From contig CAZUWE010000005.1 in assembly GCA_964624175.1 (NCBI GenBank), forward strand, positions 5,731-69,730: DNA of 64,000 nt, given 5' to 3'. Made by a program: the position numbers and the translations under genes. The first letter of the stretch is position 1; the number at the start of each line of letters is the position of its first letter. The notes under the pieces were generated by a model that saw only the letters and a program-made list of their open reading frames with translations, had not been told where the DNA came from and did no database searches. This stretch comes from an uncultured Candidatus Peribacteria bacterium (lineage in GTDB: Bacteria; Patescibacteriota; Gracilibacteria; UBA1369; 2-02-FULL-48-14). Positions 62,801-64,000 of the stretch are shown here, one piece after another.

Positions 62801-63430
62801 AAGCATAGAGGTCACGTAGATCTTACGTTTGCGGTCGATCTTAACGGTAATGATTCCTTTCTTATCGGTTTCAATTTCGAGCCATGCTCCACGCTTAGGG
62901 ATGATCTTAGCGTTGTGCATTCCAACGGCAGCTGTGTTCTTTGAGAAGAACACTCCAGGAGAACGTACAATTTGAGATACCACCACGCGTTCGATTCCAT
63001 TTACGAGGAAGCTTCCGTCGCGGGTCATGAGAGGAATAGGTCCAAGGAACACGTCCTGTTCCTTAATTTCCCCGCTTTCCTTATTAATAAGCTGCACGTG
63101 CACCTTAAGTGGAGCTTCGTAAGACAGATTCTTGAGACGGCACTGCTCGGGAGTGTATTTGCATTCTCCGAGAGAGTGGTCAAGGAAGTGGAGTTCGAGC
63201 TTCTTTCCAGAAAAGTCCGTGATAGGGGAGATCTCTTCGAGAAGTTCGCGGATACCTTCATTAAGGAACCATTCATAAGATTCGGTTTGAATCTCAATCA
63301 GGTTAGGCATTTCTGCCTTTCCATGAAGGTCGACAAAGTACTTCCGTTCCAAAGGCTTGGTGGAAGAACGTCCTGTCTCTTTTACCGCGGGTTTAGAGGA
63401 CGTTTTAGATTTAGCAGCGGTCTTGGGCAT
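59885..63430 (-). CDS. rpoB: DNA-directed RNA polymerase beta subunit
   Basis: Motifs GPGGLSRERA, NMQRQAVPL, GRHGNKGV and GGQRFGEMEVWALEAYGAA are present. It has a basic N-terminal extension and an acidic ~60-aa C-terminal tail. Confidence 0.98.
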   Translation of the reverse strand: MPKTAAKSKTSSKPAVKETGRSSTKPLERKYFVDLHGKAEMPNLIEIQTESYEWFLNEGIRELLEEISPITDFSGKKLELHFLDHSLGECKYTPEQCRLKNLSYEAPLKVHVQLINKESGEIKEQDVFLGPIPLMTRDGSFLVNGIERVVVSQIVRSPGVFFSKNTAAVGMHNAKIIPKRGAWLEIETDKKGIITVKIDRKRKIYVTSMLRVFGFDTDKKILDLFKDVINDPIRDYILMTLEKDPAKTVDEAYKAIYKKIRPGDLATPENAKALIESLFFDYKKYDMGSVARYKINRRFDLKTPNERKFHTFQVDDFILILKHLIKLNNKEAVADDIDHLSNRRIRPVGELVQNKFRVGLLRTERIAKDRMTVMDLDTVTPTQLINSRPITAALREFYASSQLSQFMDQTNPLSELEHKRRLSAMGPGGLSRERASFDVRDVHPSHYGRICPIATPEGPNIGLVVHLASYAKINKYGFIETPLREVMHSVKNDGKAAIGHTLAEGAAGIKKGTEIGEKEAKALMKEKDMKEVPVRAFLGSKVSYFDAEDENEIVYAQANTPLTHEGEFIEDSASARKMGEPVTVTEKDVTHMDISPQQIISVSTSLIPFLEHDDNTRASMGSNMQRQAVPLLRPTTPVVGTGMEGLAARNTNQTEIAEEDGTVSYVDGTRIEVIYDSGRKATYNLDVYRRTNQGTSFHQRPTCTAGQKIKKGDILADGASTEMGDLALGQNMLVAYLPWEGFNFEDAVILSSRVVKDDKFSSVHIEDFTIDVRDTKLGPEIVTRDIPNVGEARLKDLNENGVIRVGASVREGDILVGKITPKGETELTPEERLLRAIFGDKARDVKDTSLRLPGGEGGKVVSVQVFSRENGDELENGVIEQIRVSVAQTRRIQVGDKMAGRHGNKGVVSIVVPQEDMPYMPDGTPIDIVLNPLGVSSRMNIGQILETHLGWAASKLGVYVATPTLNGVTNEQIKDMLNKADLPEDGKIQLFDGKTGEPFDHKSTVGIAYMLKLAHLVEDKIHARSVGPYSLVTQQPLGGKAQHGGQRFGEMEVWALEAYGAAHILQEMLTIKSDDTYGRAKAYESIIKGEQIRKPRTPESFNVLVKELQSLSLNVDLLQLEEDVKVDEEEYVEPEEEEPLLDSPGPVVAEGDEAGFSEEGDSFEDEDGEESPKEPDFEEEI

Positions 63431-63551
63431 GCCGTATGCGGTTTAGGGGATGTAAAAACGAAACCAGGCGGATTCCGCTAGGGGAAGCCGACTGTCTTAC
63501 TTTGCTCTCTTGCGCAACTCAATCTGTAATTCGAGAGCGATGTCGAGTGCT

Positions 63552-63579
63552 ATTTTATTCATAAAGTACACAATGTCAA
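63552..63579 (-). promoter_or_regulatory. Candidate promoter for rpoB
   Basis: The minus strand has TTGACA (63579..63574), a 16-nt spacer and TAAAAT (63557..63552), about 120 nt upstream of the rpoB ATG. It directly adjoins motif copy B. Confidence 0.45.
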
Positions 63580-63601
63580 CACGAAAAGTAGACAATTTTG
63601 C
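63575..63601 (-). repeat. Copy B of the shared 27-nt intergenic motif
   Basis: The minus strand reads GCAAAATTGTCTACTTTTCGTGTTGAC. Its 3' end supplies the -35 TTGACA of the candidate rpoB promoter. Confidence 0.5.
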
Positions 63602-63679
63602 TGAAAGATTTTAAATTCCCCGTCGTCATGACTAACGGGTGCCTTGGGCTGAGGGCGCCCCTTTAGTGTGGGCGGTTTA

Positions 63680-63708
63680 TTGACAATTAATAAGGAATGT
63701 TTTTAAAT
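63680..63708 (+). promoter_or_regulatory. Candidate promoter for the ABC transporter gene
   Basis: TTGACA (63680..63685), 17-nt spacer, TTAAAT (63703..63708), 20 nt before the ATG at 63729. Confidence 0.4.
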
Positions 63709-63728
63709 AAAAGCCTTACGATCAGCTC

Positions 63729-64000
63729 ATGAAAGAAAATACTAAGCTAACTTTGAAGTTTTTCTGGAAATACGTGCGGAAGCACTGGGTTTTGGCTTTC
63801 GTCGCGTGGTTGGGGGTGACTGGGGGAGTGCTGGCCAGCATGGCTTTCCCCTACTTACTGAAAATTTTTGTGGATGCACTCAGCACAGATAGCACTCGTG
63901 CTTCGCTGTTAAATATTTTTTACATCATGGTGGCTGTGTACTTTTTTGAATGGGCGATGTGGCGAGTGGGAGGTTATGTGCTCAGTGTTATGGAGCCGCG
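63729..64000 (+). CDS. ABC transporter permease/ATPase fusion (MsbA-like exporter), N-terminal fragment running off the window
   Basis: Manual translation gives MKENTKLTLKFFWKYVRKHWVLAFVAWLGVTGGVLASMAFPYLLKIFVDAL...IMVAVYFFEWAMWRVGGY, which is typical of the first TM helices of ABC exporter transmembrane domains. The frame is open to the window end. Confidence 0.6.
   Translation, partial: MKENTKLTLKFFWKYVRKHWVLAFVAWLGVTGGVLASMAFPYLLKIFVDALSTDSTRASLLNIFYIMVAVYFFEWAMWRVGGYVLSVMEP

Overview
This is a gene-dense (about 93% coding) bacterial chromosomal window made up almost entirely of housekeeping genes. On the + strand it holds the end of the ATP synthase operon (atpD 3' end, atpC) and a dispersed de novo pyrimidine set (pyrB, pyrC, pyrD, pyrK, pyrE, pyrF, with carA on the - strand). 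A long minus-strand block follows: trmD / P-type ATPase / DUF167 / rsmA; rpsI-rplM; rplQ-rpoA-rpsD-rpsK-rpsM-rpmJ-infA; map-adk-secY; the complete spc and S10 ribosomal clusters (rplO through rpsJ); then tuf, fusA, rpsG, rpsL, rpoC and rpoB. A partial ABC transporter sits at the 3' edge. I found no rRNA, tRNA, CRISPR array, transposase or integrase. TGA works as a stop at several overlapping gene junctions, so the standard bacterial code applies. rpsE and rplO are 2 nt apart, so there is no L30 gene. That absence, the compact overlapping genes, several SLH-anchored surface proteins and Lys/Ala-rich tails on ribosomal proteins suggest a small-genome, Gram-positive-type-envelope lineage, possibly Candidate Phyla Radiation and perhaps Peregrinibacteria-like. 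This placement is inference only. I saw no recognisable defence or mobile system. The unusual content is architectural: near-universal operons (atpD-atpC, rpoB-rpoC, rpsG-fusA-tuf-rpsJ, map-infA, pyrE-pyrF) are each interrupted by lineage-specific lipoprotein, membrane or secreted-protein genes, often with their own near-consensus promoters and intrinsic terminators. Other notable points are an A9 tract exactly at the junction of a membrane-anchored ORF and an anchorless LCP-domain ORF (candidate -1 frameshift or phase switch), a DnaQ-exonuclease/DinG-like protein with degenerate helicase motifs, a structured terminator-containing leader before rpsJ, a palindrome over a consensus -10 box, and a 27-nt motif shared by two intergenic regions.
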